A DNA stretch of 64,000 nucleotides from Octopus sinensis (lineage: Eukaryota). A program made the translations under genes and the position numbers. The DNA lies in contig NC_042999.1 of the NCBI RefSeq assembly GCF_006345805.1, positions 56,110,001-56,174,000 on the forward strand, written 5' to 3'. Below are positions 38,530 through 51,729 of this stretch, in pieces; position 1 is the stretch's first letter; the number at the start of each line of letters is the position of its first letter. Under the pieces are notes generated by a model, which did not search any database, was not told where the DNA came from, and was given only the letters and a program-made list of their open reading frames with translations.

Positions 38530-39165
38530 ATCATTTCAGAATAAATATTGGTTTCAAATTTTGGCACAAGGCCAGCAAATTCGGGGTGGGGTGGGGAGTC
38601 CATTGCATTGACCCCAGTGCTCAACAGCTACTTTACTTTATTGACCCCAAAAGGTTGAAAGGCAAAGTGGAAGCACTCCGTCGGTTACGACGACGAGGGT
38701 TCCGGTTGATCCGAATCAACGGAACAGCCTGCTCGTGAAATTAACGTGTAAGTGGTTGAGCACTCCACAGACACGTGTACCCTTAACGTAGTTCTCGGGG
38801 ATATTCAGCGTGACACAGAGAGTGACAAGGCTGGCCCTTTGAAATACAGGTACAACAGAAACAGGAAGTAAGAGTGAGGGAAAGTTGTGGTGAAAGAGTA
38901 CAGCAGGGATCACCACCATCCCCTGCCGGAGACTCGTGGAGCTTTAGGTGTTTTCGCTCAATAAACACTCACAACGCCCGGTCTGGGAATCGAAACCGCG
39001 ATCCTATGACCGCGAGTCCGCTGCCCTAACCACTGGGCCATTGCGCCTCCACAAAAGGCAAAGTAAACCACAGCAGAATTTGCACTCAGAATGTAAAAAC
39101 AGATGAAATGCTGCTAAGCATTTTGCCCTGATTGCTAACAATTCTGTCAGCTCACTGCCTTACTT
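38530..39165 (-). mobile_element. tRNA-derived SINE with Meta-like central domain, interrupted by a nested SINE
   Basis: Minus strand GGCAGTGAGCTGACAGAATTGTTAGCA head and CTTTGCCTTTCAACCTTTTGGGGTCAATAAA core; same family as 62110-62335. Confidence 0.7.
38669..39053 (-). mobile_element. Young tRNA-derived SINE nested in the SINE above
   Basis: Head GTGGAGGCGCAATGGCCCAGTGG...GGTTTCGATTCCC; 11-bp TSD AAAGGCAAAGT at 38658-38668 and 39054-39064; CpG-rich. Confidence 0.88.
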
Positions 39166-39271
39166 CAAGATAAATATTGACAATTTAATCTCATCTACAA
39201 GGAATAAAAAAATTACAGACATGCACATTGCTCTTCTGAATAACAAAATAAATTTATATATTTCAACTTAC

Positions 39272-39384
39272 AAGGTCCTGGTTGTCCAGTCTTAGGACGA
39301 CAGAATAAACAGTGATAGCCAGCATCAGCTGCTCGTTCTGCTTCATCCTCATTCTTTAGGCCATCACAACTAGCATGGAGCCAT
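39272..39384 (-). CDS. KMT2C: KMT2C/D exon, end of PHD (WLHASCDGL...GYHCLFCRPK)
   Basis: ttttttag acceptor, gtaagt donor, 113 nt, phase 2-1. Confidence 0.94.
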
Positions 39385-41299
39385 CTAAAAAAAAATCAGA
39401 TTTTGATAATATACATTTACTGTATCTGCACAAGAGAATAATCACAATAATGAAATCAGTTGAATTTAATTAGTTTTTCCTACTTGTGATTTCTACATAC
39501 CAGATAAGAAAACTGGTTTGCTCACTTCTTCCCTGAAATGGCAATTTGAATCATTCACATTACCCTTTTCTTCTCACCTTAAGTAGGGGGAGGGGGTCAA
39601 TTACAAAAATTTCAGCAATGTCAATTAACATCCAAACTTCAAAACAAACCATTAATGCCAAAATTAGTGAATATGTCATCACTGGAACTTTTTGAATGTT
39701 TTACAGTCTGCATATACATTTTCTTCAAATCATGTCTTATTTTTACCTCATAGTTTTGGGGAGCTAACATATTCTGTCTCTTTAAGTGATCTATGCCTCA
39801 GAGCAGCATGATGTACTTTTATACATGTTGTGTTAAAAGCAAATGTGTCATTGGTCTCTGTCTTAATTCAGAATCCACATTCATTTAGTGTGAAGTGACC
39901 ATTACAACTTTAAGACATGAGTTCTCAGTTATGATTCCTTCAGGTAGATTTCAAACTACAGCAAAAATAAGCAGCTTTTAATTCAAATTGAGAGATACCA
40001 TCCTCCACTCATCAAAAGCCCTTCTTCATTTGTCTCTTGTGATCACTGAATGCTTTCTTCTACAGGAGATCAGCAAAGCAACCCAATTGGTTCCACAATA
40101 TTCACACTGGATATTGTTGATATCACAAGGCCAGACATACACCTGAATGCTTTGATGATGCAGACTTAGGGGTCTCCTAGATGGGGTTCTCACAATGATG
40201 AAATTGATGGTGGAGGAACTACGTGATAAGAGTTTTGAATCGGGTGATGTTAAATAGGAATTCTGGATGCCTTCATTTTCACATAAAGATACAGTAGATC
40301 CTATTTACTGAATCTTTCCCTTTCAACTGCCAATCCATGGCAATTCCAATTTCCAATCATATCTTCCAACACACATTTCTCTCTCTGATTCAAAGCCTCA
40401 AATAACTACTTAAAAACTGTGATTTAATTCAACCTTATCAATGATTTTTTTAATTTCAAGAACTATTTTATCAATTTCAAACATAATGTATATGCCTAGG
40501 TACAATCCCTCAGATGTTTACCAACTCTGCAACTTCTGAAGACTTAACCTGTAAGAAACTTGCAAGTTTGGCCAAAATAGAATTTTTTTGGAACCCTTCT
40601 ACCAAGCTGCATTACCCACAAGTGATTCAGAGATCTAGGTTTACACAAGTGCAGTTTATTCCTCCTAACTGCTGTTTCCCTTCTCCTGGCCACACTTGTT
40701 CTTTGGTGGGGCAACACCAACTTAACTGGACATAAGTTTAACAGGGAGGAAGATAAGCTCTATAACTGACAGGACCCTAGTTTGTCAGCCCCAAGGCAGT
40801 TTGCTTGAACAGAATGAACTCTACAAAGTTCTCCAGAATCAGAATCAACGTTTGTGAAGTAGTAAGATGCTTGTGTTCCTGATGAACCTCCTAGACTGTT
40901 ATACTAACTGAATGTTACTTGCTTCACTCAACATTTAAGATACATTTAAGTGAGCCTTAGCAAAAAATACCAATCCCTAGTTTTGAAACTTAAGGATTAT
41001 CCAAGGATGATAAAAAGAAGCCTAAGAGGCTTACCAGTTGTCCCTCAAGGGATATACCCTATATGAAACCCTAGTGATTCTTTCATTCCCTTACATAGTC
41101 TAAACAGTGTGATAAGGTAAGGGCTACTGCATCCATGGCTGAAGAGTAAATTGCTGATGTATCACTAATTGTACATTTTTCTATCCAAAATATTTGAGAT
41201 GTTTAGATAAGCTGATCATTAACCACAAAATTCTTTACTTCTTTGATAACTCATCTAACTGAAGTGTTAAGAGAGACCTGTGAGAGTGCATGGCTGTTC

Positions 41300-41530
41300 T
41301 TGTATCTCAACTACAGTGATTATATGGTAAACAATACAGCTCCCATGACTTTCGGAAACATTTTTTCACGCTCAGAGTTGCTGAAGCATGGAATAAACTG
41401 CCTGCGTCAGTTGTTGACTGCCATGACACTGCATCTTTTAAGGCCCTCATGCTTTCCGAAATCCGCCGAAACTACACCTGATTATATATACACTTTAGAT
41501 GAGTTGTAGTGCACCTGAGCACTGTACACA

Positions 41531-41563
<33 letters not shown>
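41300..41563 (+). mobile_element. CR1 LINE 3' end fragment (same family as 11775)
   Basis: RKHFFTLRVAEAWNKLPASVV; (ATT)n tail at 41533-41563. Confidence 0.85.
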
Positions 41564-41567
<4 letters not shown>

Positions 41568-41968
41568 CAAATATCTTGGAGTGATGATTTGATAAAATTC
41601 CACAAATTTTATTGTTTTTTCTCTTTGTTCTTTATCTTACATAAGGCAAACTCTAGTTCATTTCTTTAAAATCTAATTGAAAAATGAAAGAATTGAATAA
41701 CAAAAGTTTATTTTATCTAATTATATCTCTTCAACTTTGTATACATTCAATGAATTCCCTGCAATATCAATGACATTGTCTTGATCATTCAATCCAGACA
41801 TGTCAGATACAATAAAATTAGATATAAACTAGAAGAGAAGATGTGCAAAAGAATATTCCAAGATAAATGAATTTTACAATACTTAAAAGTGAAGATGCAT
41901 CTATAGAATTATTGATCAATAATGAATTAACAATTTCTAAATAAATTTTAAAATGTCACAGAACTTAC

Positions 41969-42133
41969 CTATCACACTGTACACACTGTATGACTACTTC
42001 TTCTTCTTTATAGGCTTTATAACAACAACAACAAGTTGTCCTGCTGGAACACGGTCCACATAAAGTGTAATTATTTTGCCACTGGGACAAAAATCCAGGT
42101 GATGTAGCACCACAGTTAACACACCATACACAC
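41969..42133 (-). CDS. KMT2C: KMT2C/D exon (WCVWCVNCGATSPG...WQNNYTLCGPC...IQCVQCDR)
   Basis: ttttatag acceptor, gtaagt donor, 165 nt, phase 2-2. Confidence 0.95.
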
Positions 42134-42284
42134 CTATAAAAGAATTTTCCATAATTAAAAACAGTTCAATCCAACAATTAAAAATTATTAAAAATGTAAG
42201 GCTTGATTTAAAAAAACATTTAATTATCTAACTTTTTTTTAAAAGTCAAAATAGCACGGAAACTATATTTTTAATTAAACATAC

Positions 42285-42466
42285 CATTTACACTTCCATG
42301 GTCCTTTAGGTACTTGATCCAATGGTGGATCAAGGCAATATATATGATAGCTAATATCACATTCATCGCATAACAGTAAGCGGCCTTCATCATGAGGTTT
42401 ACCACAGCCTTCACACACAGTACAATCCAGGCAACGCCATCCCTTCTGAAGAACAACTTTGGTAAC
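42285..42466 (-). CDS. KMT2C: KMT2C/D exon, PHD (VTKVVLQKGWRCLDCTVCEGCG...LLLCDECDISYHIYCLDPPL...WKCK)
   Basis: ttttag acceptor, gtatgt donor, 182 nt, phase 0-2. Confidence 0.96.
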
Positions 42467-42723
42467 CTAAAATTTATGGAAGTATATTTAGTTTTTTTAG
42501 ATAAAACAACAAAAAACCATGAATTTAAAACATGAAAACATGAACAAACATTTTTTTCAAGAGAGAGGTGGGGATCCTTGCTGTTACTCTTCAAATAGGA
42601 ATTTTTTTGTTTGCGACTTTTCCAAGTTTTTGGTTCTGGATTTAAGTCATTTAGTGAATGGAATATTTTTGGATTGATCCTTTTCTCTTGATTAAGGAAT
42701 AAAGATTTCTTTCTAGTCTTGTG

Positions 42724-44330
42724 ATCATCATCATTTAACATCAGTTCTCCAAACTAGCATGGGTTGGACAGTTTGACAGGAGTTGGTCAGCTGGAGAGCT
42801 GCCAGAGCTCCATTTGTCTGTTTGGCATGGTTTCTATGGCTGGATGCCCTTCCTGACACCAACCACTTTACTGAGTGTACTGGGCACTTTAAACATGGCA
42901 TCAGCATGGGTGCTTTTATGTGGAACCAGCATCTCTAAGCCCACAAGACTGGGATCTCTTGGCTGAGAGAGGGATGTAGAGGACATGCCAGTATGCATGG
43001 ACAGCCGCAATTTTACTTAGCTTGACGAGTCTTCTCAAGCACAGCAAACTACCAGAAGTCTTGGTCCCTTGTCATCTCCAGTCAGGCCCAACATCTAAAG
43101 ATCCTTTCTACCTATGTGTACTACATCTTCCTGGGCTTACTCCTTCCACACACTCCCTCCACCAGTAGAGATTTGCACTTTTTGATGCAGCTGTCCTCAT
43201 CCATACACATCACGATACTAATGTGCTCTTCTCTCTCACACACTACATTTATACCAATTTTTTCTCTAAAATCACTTACACTCTATCATACATACACACT
43301 GACATTACCCATCCAGCAAAACATGCTAGCTTTGTTTCTTTCAAGCCTCATGTCCTCAGTAGTCACAGCCCATGTCTCACTGCCATGTAACATAGCTTTC
43401 ATACACAGGCAGCATACAATCTGCCTTTCACTCAGAGGCCCTTTGTCAGTAAAAATAGTAGTAGTAGTTCTCTGAACTTTGCCCAGCCCATTTGTATTTC
43501 AGAACTACATCCTAAGTAACAGAAACTATCTACTACTTCTAAGGATCCACTCTAACCTGACATTTGAGGAAGTCTTCCTGAACATTCCTCGTGTTGAATG
43601 TACTTGCATGTCTTCTACATACAAAAACTACTTTCTCTGTTAACCTAAATGTGATACAGCTGCACCTCTTATGTGTACATAGATGTGTACATGGATACAC
43701 CATATGGAGTTTCTACAAACACTTTTTCTATATATTGAGTAGGGCCATCTCTCTGAAAGGATCAGTGTTTTCCTACTTACAAGGATTTTGGTTTTTGCTA
43801 AATTAACTCCAAGGCCCTCTGATTCCAGACCTTGCTTTCACACCTGAAATTTCTTCTCTAGTTCTGGTAGTTATTCAGCAATAAGAACAAGGTCATCAGC
43901 ATACAGGAGCTCCCAAGGGCAGCTGCTCTTAAATTCCTTTATTATGGCTTGGAGAACTATGATAAACAACGAGCTGAAATCTGATTCTTGATGATGAACT
44001 ACCTGTGCACTAAATTTCTTGCTATATTCATAGCTGACTTCCACCTTATCGACATGGCTTGCACAGCTCTCACCAACCACTCATCTATACCTAGCTTCTG
44101 CATTACCTACTAGATACGGGGGCGGGAGACCCTGTCAAAACTTTCACCTGTCAACAAAAGCCAAATGCAGTGGTTTATTTTTAGTTAAGTACTTCTCTTG
44201 AAGTTGCCTTACTAAAAAGGTAGCATCAGTAGTGCTTCTTCTTGGCACAAAACCAAACTGCCTCTTGTCTTGACTAATTCTCCTCATTAATTAAGCTATG
44301 GCATTTTTTGTAACTTTCATCACCTCATTT
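42724..44330 (-). mobile_element. Degraded RTE LINE
   Basis: (GAT)n tail at 42724; FKSSCPWELLYADDLVLIAE in ORF 43871..44080. Confidence 0.85.
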
Positions 44331-45089
44331 ATTTTTTTTAATACAGTTTTTCTTTTTAAATTCAACACAGCATGCCAGCATGAAATTAGTTAGCATAAAA
44401 ATTACTCATGCCTAGCCAGTTCTTGAAAATTTGATACAATTTCAAAGTAATTCAATAATCTTTATAACAATTCTTTTGATCACCAGTTTGCTTATCTGGT
44501 ATCTTAGCTCTATGGTATGTGTGTGTATGTGTGTGTATATATATATATATATATCAGCAATTTAATCCATCTAAGACTACTGAGTTTGATATGGCTGATA
44601 ACTTTAATGTGACAGCTGTATCAGCTGGATACTACAGTATACATGGTGACTATGGTAATAGTACCAGGTATGAAGAAGGATCATGATTCTTAGGAGAGTT
44701 TATAGTAGTACATAAGTTGTTCAATGTCTGTTTTCTGTATCTGATAAAAAGAGACTTAGTCATATTCAACATGCCAAAATGGAGGAAGCACGCATTCCAT
44801 ATGGTGCACCAAATCTAGGCTATGAGTGCATAAATGGTGTAGTGGGATAACAGAAAGGCTCTAAGGATAGATACTTCATATGTAGTAGATGCACATGATT
44901 AGTTAGCAATGACAGCACACACAAAATAAATTCTCTCCAGTGTTCAGAATGATCCACAGAAATGGTTGGTAGTTTTATCAAATAGGTGACCAAATTTATA
45001 GTTGAGTAGGTACACTCTAAAAGCACACTTGTGAAGAGTAAAAAGAGGATGTAAAAAATCTAGGAAGTTACTTCTATTAGCAACAACAC

Positions 45090-45310
45090 TATGAGTAAAG
45101 GGAAGATTGCATGACTCTTATGTACCAAGTACAATGCTGCAAGGCAATGAAATATGGGCACTGAATGTAAATGTGTGAAAACTAAAAAGGAATGAGGCAA
45201 ACATTCTCTACTGGATGTATCATGTTAGTGCAACATGAAAGATGGTAAACTAATTTGCTGAGAGAAAAAAACTAGGTGTAAGAGGAGGAATCAAATGAAG
45301 TGAAGATGTT
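45090..45310 (+). mobile_element. Highly degraded RTE fragment
   Basis: Resembles the AML.G.ETWA...NEA..L.WM region. Confidence 0.45.
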
Positions 45311-45813
45311 TCATAGGAAACATTCTATGACATGTTTACAAGCTATTATCAAATTTACAATGTGAATTTAAATGGATCTTCACCGCGCATGACTGCTTAT
45401 AGAGAAAAAGACATGCTATGTGTGCATCTCAGAGAGAGTTGCATGCACTACACTAAATATAGCATCAACTCTGACAGGAATAAGCTGTGAAATAAAAAGA
45501 ATAGAAAAGCTATGGCAAGACACTTTCACTCTGTACAAAGCCAAATGCATCAATGTATCTATGTCTCCCCTATGATACTGAATAACTCTATACAACAGAG
45601 TTAGAGAACAAAGATCTACAAGATCTGATGAAACTGAATTTGTTATCCTGAAGATAGAAAACCAAAAACAGCTGAACACAGAACTCTTGAAGAACTAGGA
45701 ATAGTTCTATACAAATACTAAATAGGATGGTTTAGTAAAATGCTAGACAAGTATATAAAAAGGAAATATTTCTAAGAATTATTTTTTTGAATTTAAAAAA
45801 AATGTTCACTTAC

Positions 45814-45918
45814 CTTTATATTTACACAATATGGATGATAACACTGACCACATTGAGAGCAAATGATTACTCGGCTCTCTTCTCCAATTCCAATACTCCC
45901 ACAAGTTTTACAAATATC
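45814..45918 (-). CDS. KMT2C: KMT2C/D exon, PHD (DICKTCGSIGIGEESRVIICSQCGQCYHPYCVNIK)
   Basis: tttgctag acceptor, gtaagt donor, 105 nt, phase 0-0. Confidence 0.95.
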
Positions 45919-47139
45919 CTAGCAAAAGAACATTTTAAAATATCATCTAGATTTATTATGTAAAGTATTTTGAAATTAGAAATAAAGTTAGATAGACAGA
46001 AGGAAACCTAAATTTTTTATTTTAATTCATGACACACAATAAAACTAATTCTGATAATTTACCAATCATATAGAAATAATTTTTTACATGAACAGTTTAA
46101 ATTATTTGAAAAGAATAATGAAGGCTATCAACAGAAAAAGGTGATGGTTGAAAAAAGAGAGTGCTGTGGATGTAGACAGATAAAGGAAAATTCTTAATGG
46201 ACAATCAACTGAAACACCTTTCCAAAGATTGCATTATGTAGAGTAAGATACTTTACAAGTTTCCATGGCAAGAATATTTATGTATATATCTTATTTGATT
46301 TTCATAAAATGCATTTCAAATTTACCTTGTTTTATTTATTTAATTTGCTTGTAATTTTAATTAACCTGTATGAGGAGTGCCAAATTTTATGGATCATTAC
46401 TGTGTTTGTATGTATATTTATTTCATTGTGTAGTTTCTGCAAACACTGTTCAAGTATTTTTGTTCTATTTTACCGTTATGATGCATCTGTTTTATGTGCA
46501 TTTTAGTTCAACTGAAAATTCGATCATGCAGCTATATAATCAGTTGTGCATTAGCTAATAATTCATTTTCTATTTAATTAGATTTGCTTTGAGAGAAAGA
46601 CTAAGCAACAGATTTAAGAAATATTTGTTGTTCCAAAAACTAAAAAAGTTACAGTCACTTTATCAAATTAATCTAAATTCATGATTATTTTAGGATTTAA
46701 CTGAAGCAATTTGGGTGTGCTAGGAAAGGGTTAAATCAGACAATTCTTTTTGTTTTCCATTCTTTAATTTTTAGTTTCCAAAACGTTAATCTCTATAATT
46801 TCTCTTCTCTATTGAATGTTTATATTATTGTTAAGTAAACTTTTATTACTTCTGCTTAGTCATGCAGAAGTAATAAACTTAACAATATAACCATTTAACA
46901 AGGTATGTTGTTTACTATGAGTCCACAACCAATTTTTTATTTTCTTTTAAAACACAATGCAATGACTATGTATAAATTAGTTTACAAAATTAAAAGTATT
47001 AAAAATGTTATAAGAAGATTGAAAATAAATAATAAATATTCAATAAAAAGCTGAAACAGAAGTTAGATAAAACTGAATAACGAAAATTATACTTTACAAG
47101 AAAAATTAACTGAGAGCAAAAAAAATTATTTTTGTTTAC

Positions 47140-47235
47140 CTGCTCTAATACATATTCATCTTTAGAATTGGCAATAACTACAGTAGATGGATGATCATCA
47201 ATTTCTCCATTATCCACTGCTGTAGGATAGAGTGA
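47140..47235 (-). CDS. KMT2C: KMT2C/D exon (SLYPTAVDNGEIDDHPSTVVIANSKDEYVLEQ)
   Basis: ctttgcag acceptor, gtaaac donor, 96 nt; TVV..S.D.(F/Y).L.Q motif that precedes the second PHD cluster. Confidence 0.87.
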
Positions 47236-47494
47236 CTGCAAAGGAAAGAATGTTAATTATGTCACCAAAGTAATATGTATAAATAAATACATTTCTCAAA
47301 AGATTGCACCACAAAAAAGTTGCAATATATTTATATTATTTAGTAATAAAACAAACTTCACATTTAAACCACTTTTTTTATAATGAAAAATTGAAATGTT
47401 AAAAATGTTTAAATCATTACAAATGTCTTAAATTATTATACTCAATAGCATTGTGACATGATAATTTTAGTGAGTAAAATACAAAAGCAATAAT

Positions 47495-47884
47495 GGGAAC
47501 TTTTCAGTTTGAACGGCAGTTTTTTAAAATAATTTCCACGTAACTAAACACTTTTAAACTTCATATACTGGTAGAATGTGTTTATAAAACGTCTTTTTGA
47601 GAAAATTTTATAGTTTGTAAGCTATTTGTTGTTGTTTTTTCAACCAATCAATGGTGTCTATTGAGGTAAAAACATTCTGTGCCTCATGAATATGTTCCTC
47701 ATTTAAGAAACAGATTGGGTTTATTTACATTTCTGAAGAAAAAAGATACCCTTCCCCCACCCCTAACTAACCCTAACCCTAAAACAGATCGAAATGCAAT
47801 AGATCGATACTAGGGTCATAATTATGGGTGATAATTTCATATGACACCGCTAGAGAAACCTGCCGTTCAAACCGAAAAGATCCC
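47495..47884. mobile_element. MITE-like element with 25-bp TIRs and a 7-8 bp direct flank
   Basis: GGGAACTTTTCAGTTTGAACGGCAG versus CTGCCGTTCAAACCGAAAAGATCCC (2 mismatches); CAATAAT(G) at 47488 and 47885. Confidence 0.8.
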
Positions 47885-48104
47885 CAATAATGTAATAACA
47901 CGGCATGGTTGTGATAGAATTTTAAGTCACAACTTATAATCAATTATATTTGTCACACGGAAATTAAATTTACACAGATAAAACTAAATAGTAAAATATG
48001 AACCTAAAGCAACTAATAAATTACTATAACACTTTAAATAAAGTGAATTTTTCTTTACAAAATATGAACGTTTTAAGTTGTGTTAAAGAAAAGACATTTA
48101 TCAT

Positions 48105-48182
48105 TATTATCCAAAATAAAATTGCTTTCTTCTCTTGGTCAATTATTATCCAAAATAAAATTGCTTTCTTCTCTTGGTCAAT
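48105..48182. repeat. Perfect 39-bp tandem duplication
   Basis: TATTATCCAAAATAAAATTGCTTTCTTCTCTTGGTCAAT twice. Confidence 0.95.
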
Positions 48183-48770
48183 ATCTGAAGTACCATTAAT
48201 TTTTTTCATACTAGTCATCTCTCTCTCACATACATCTGTCAATGTCTTCAATACCCAACTGCTTCCATAAGTAACTATGGCCAAACTTTCTCGTAAGTTC
48301 ATACTGCAACTTCAACACACACCCTGTACTTAATTCGTTCCTCTTTCAATCATTATTTACTGAAAACCACTATTATATCTTTCAAAGATATAATAAATAC
48401 ACTCTATCATTTTATGAAACATATTTTTAATGAAAAATATGTTTAACTAAATTATAATTGAGTGACTACTTTTTAAATATATTGTTGGAAAGATCATGAA
48501 TGTATTAATTTTTACAATTTATCTCTATGTGTAGATTTTCTTTTATTTACATATGCATTATTAAATAACAATTTGCTTAACAATAGAAAGAAATTCCTGT
48601 TGCGAACTGTAAAGTTAACTGCTGAGTATTTCAAGTGATCTTATTTAAGTTATGGCTTTTAAAAAGCATATTTCTCAACACATACCTAAACCTTAAAAAA
48701 AGTTAATCAAAAGAGAAAATAGCAAAAATTCTGCATTTATCAAATCATGAAACATTTTAGTTGTATTTAC

Positions 48771-48878
48771 TTGATTCCCAACATTTTGACCAGTCTTCAC
48801 TTTTGTTCTTGGACCTCGCCTTCTATCTCCAAGAGATGTAGGACGTTGACGTCGTCTTTCAGCAGCAATTGGACGTCC
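48771..48878 (-). CDS. KMT2C: KMT2C/D exon (GRPIAAERRRQRPTSLGDRRRGPRTKVKTGQNVGNQ)
   Basis: ttattcag acceptor, gtaaat donor, 108 nt, phase 0-0. Confidence 0.83.
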
Positions 48879-50085
48879 CTGAATAAAATATGTAAAGTAT
48901 CATATTAGAATACAATTTTTTTAATATACTCTACTAATTCAAAACAGATTAAGAAAAAAATACAAGTCATTTATAAATCAAAGAATATTAATGTTTTTAT
49001 TTTAAAATAAAAAATTTGTATACTAGAAGTGGACTTTCAAACATATTTAACTTCAACTCCAAGCTTGACATTGACAAGAAATTCCACTAAGTAGCCATTG
49101 CTATTAAGATATTCTAGTTACACATAGAGAACCCATGTTAAAATTTATTAAGCCTATTTAGATGATATAGTATACATATGTATTGACCAAACACATCTTG
49201 TAAGAATCATAAAAAAAAATGTGGGGTTTCAATTTGTTCAAATAATTTCATCTTAACATCAATAAGGATGAACAGAGTTAATTTTATAAATTGCAAGAAT
49301 GAAGGTGAAGACATACAATGGTGTGAATCAGATGAATGTTTAAGATAAAGATTAGCAGAATGCGAAGAATAAATAAAGTATGAAAACAAAATCCAAAATT
49401 TACAAGAGTCAGTATAATGTGTGTATTTGTAAATGCTTCTTCATAGACAAAAAATTAGAAGGTTGGCAGTTTTGTAAAAAGTAGCCTAGTTGAGCTAATA
49501 AATTAATGAACTGAAGAATAAGAAAATAAAAAGTATATAACATAATTATTGGATGACTAATTACTAATTGAGTATTACATAAATAAACTAAATTTCCAGT
49601 ATGAAATAGATTAGACATAACAAAAGTTAGTTTCAACAATTATTTTAAGAAATACAATATTACACAAGATGTTTTATATATATATATATATAAATCTCAT
49701 CAGTTAAGGTCTAGATCTATTTTTGTATGCTACCATGGATTGGAGAGGTCTGCAATATAACATTTTGCTATGAATCTCAATCTTGCATCATTTCATTAAG
49801 ACTGTTCAAACTAAGCATATTTCTACATATCACTGCTTTCAACATATCACTGCTTTTAAACCCAACATACATCATCCATTTGCATTACCTGTCTCTGATC
49901 CCCAAATAATATTGCATCAACTCTACTATTTTAACTCATACTCTAATTTTCACAAACCAAAAGTTCTCTAAAGCTTTAATTACAAAACAAATAATCCAAA
50001 AATGAGATAATAATAACTTGTTTTTCCTTTCATAGTCGAAATCAAATTCATAATATACTTTTATTGTAATTTAAAGAAAACATAC

Positions 50086-50226
50086 TTTTGGCCTTCCAGC
50101 ACCAATTTTCTTCCTGCCAACAGGATGCATCTTAATTCCTTTTGGTAAAATGTCAGGCTGCATTTTAGATGCTGTTTTAGTCCATGTTGACCCACTAGTC
50201 AAGGAAGTTAATTGCAGTGGAGATCC
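50086..50226 (-). CDS. KMT2C: KMT2C/D exon (GSPLQLTS...HPVGRKKIGAGRPK)
   Basis: ttatag acceptor, gtatgt donor, 141 nt, phase 0-0; basic GRP motif. Confidence 0.83.
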
Positions 50227-51323
50227 CTATAATCAATGATTAAAAGAAATTTATATATACATAGACACACGAAGCCTTAAAAGAAAAGCTTTCTGGAGAT
50301 CAGCAGAGCATTATGTACAACAATGCTGCCTGGAAGTCTGAGAGCAACATTAATAAGCAGAGCAGTCTATTGTAAACATGACATTTGTGTCGCCTCTCAT
50401 TTTAACGAGAGTATACCTTTCTAATTCAGGAGTAAGAAATAGCTACCAAATATCTCATGTATAAAAAAAGTAGAGATAATAAGTAATGCATCCAGGCACA
50501 ATAGATGTTGGCAATGTGTTATTAGTCTGGAAGATGTGATCCACATCTAGTACCTAGCCAAAAATGCCACTGAAGTAATATATCATAGTAAAAACACTAT
50601 ACAATATATTTCAAGGAAGGATAGTTCAAGAGACCAACACAAAATACTGATGGAATAAATTCAACACCAAATCTACAAAATACAAACATAAATACAGTGG
50701 CAATGAAGAGCGACCAAATGCCCTATTATGAAATTTAGTTCTCCAGCAAATATATATTTCAAAACAAAAAGAGTGTCTGTAGACTATATATATATATAGC
50801 CCAATTACTGAACTATAAGAAGGTTTTGTGAACATGAGATGAAAATAATTGACTTACAAATTACTAATTCAATACATCAAATACAGTAATAAATTATGCT
50901 AAATGTTGCAGAAATTTAGCTTATAATTTTTAGAAGTTATTTACTATACAGCTAAGTGACTGACAACACACACTTATACATATCCACACATACTTTTCTA
51001 ATCTTTCCATAGAATATACTCTGATATCATGCTTTAAAAAGAACAGCTTACTTGTGTTGCTAATACCTTACTGTTATGCTGAAGGGAGATTACATGAAAG
51101 TTAGAAAAGCCAAGAAAACCCAAACAAGAGGTACATAGGAAAATGTTTAATAAATTTATAAATTAAGAGAAGGGACAGAGAGAGGTAGGACTTAAGATTA
51201 TTAAACAGTTAGCAAATAACATATGAAAAGGTGTTAATGTGAAGAACTAGATGGCTCTAGTACCAGCAAAGGAAATAAATGAGAAAGTACAAAGGAAAAG
51301 ATAACACCCTAGAATGTAGCACA

Positions 51324-51440
51324 CATCATCATCATCATCATCATTTAATGTCCACCTTCCATACTAGCATGGGTTGGACAGTTTGAGAGGAATTGGCCAG
51401 GCAGAAACCTGTACCAGACTTCTGTGTCAGTTTTGGCAGG
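51324..51440 (-). mobile_element. RTE 3' tail fragment
   Basis: (CAT)n followed by TTTAATGTCCACCTTCCATACTAGCATGGGTTGGACAG. Confidence 0.7.
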
Positions 51441-51685
51441 ATTACAGAAATAGAGACATGAGGAAGAAGGTATGTGCAATGTATGTTGAATGGGTTCAAA
51501 CATGCACTGGTGAGAGAGGATTATTAATTTATGTAGCAGCTACATTTAAGTGTAAAGTGTCTATAGAGGAAGTGTTGAACTGGATGTAAAAATGGCATAA
51601 AGATGAAAGTACAGTTCTATATTTAAGAGATGAGGAATTATGCACATTATTTACATTTGACGGATATTTGTCCTCGTTTGTTGTT

Positions 51686-51729
51686 ACAACATTTCGGCTG
51701 ATGTGCCCTCCAGCCTTCATCAGGTGACT
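51686..51729 (-). ncRNA. Hammerhead-like motif (dimer 1, left arm)
   Basis: Minus strand CAC-CTGATGA-A-GGCTG-gagggcacat-CAGCC-GAAA-TGTTGT; degenerate stems I and III. Confidence 0.55.

Noticed and set aside
39900-41250. Possible very old LINE fragments (also 14740-15140 and 54400-55260)
   Set aside because: Too degraded to assign a family, strand or boundaries by eye.
42271-42741. 156-aa ORF as a stand-alone gene
   Set aside because: It overlaps the PHD exon 42285-42466 in a different frame; the spliced frame is the conserved one.
47761-47780. Interstitial telomere
   Set aside because: Only about three imperfect TAACCC units, and they lie inside a MITE.
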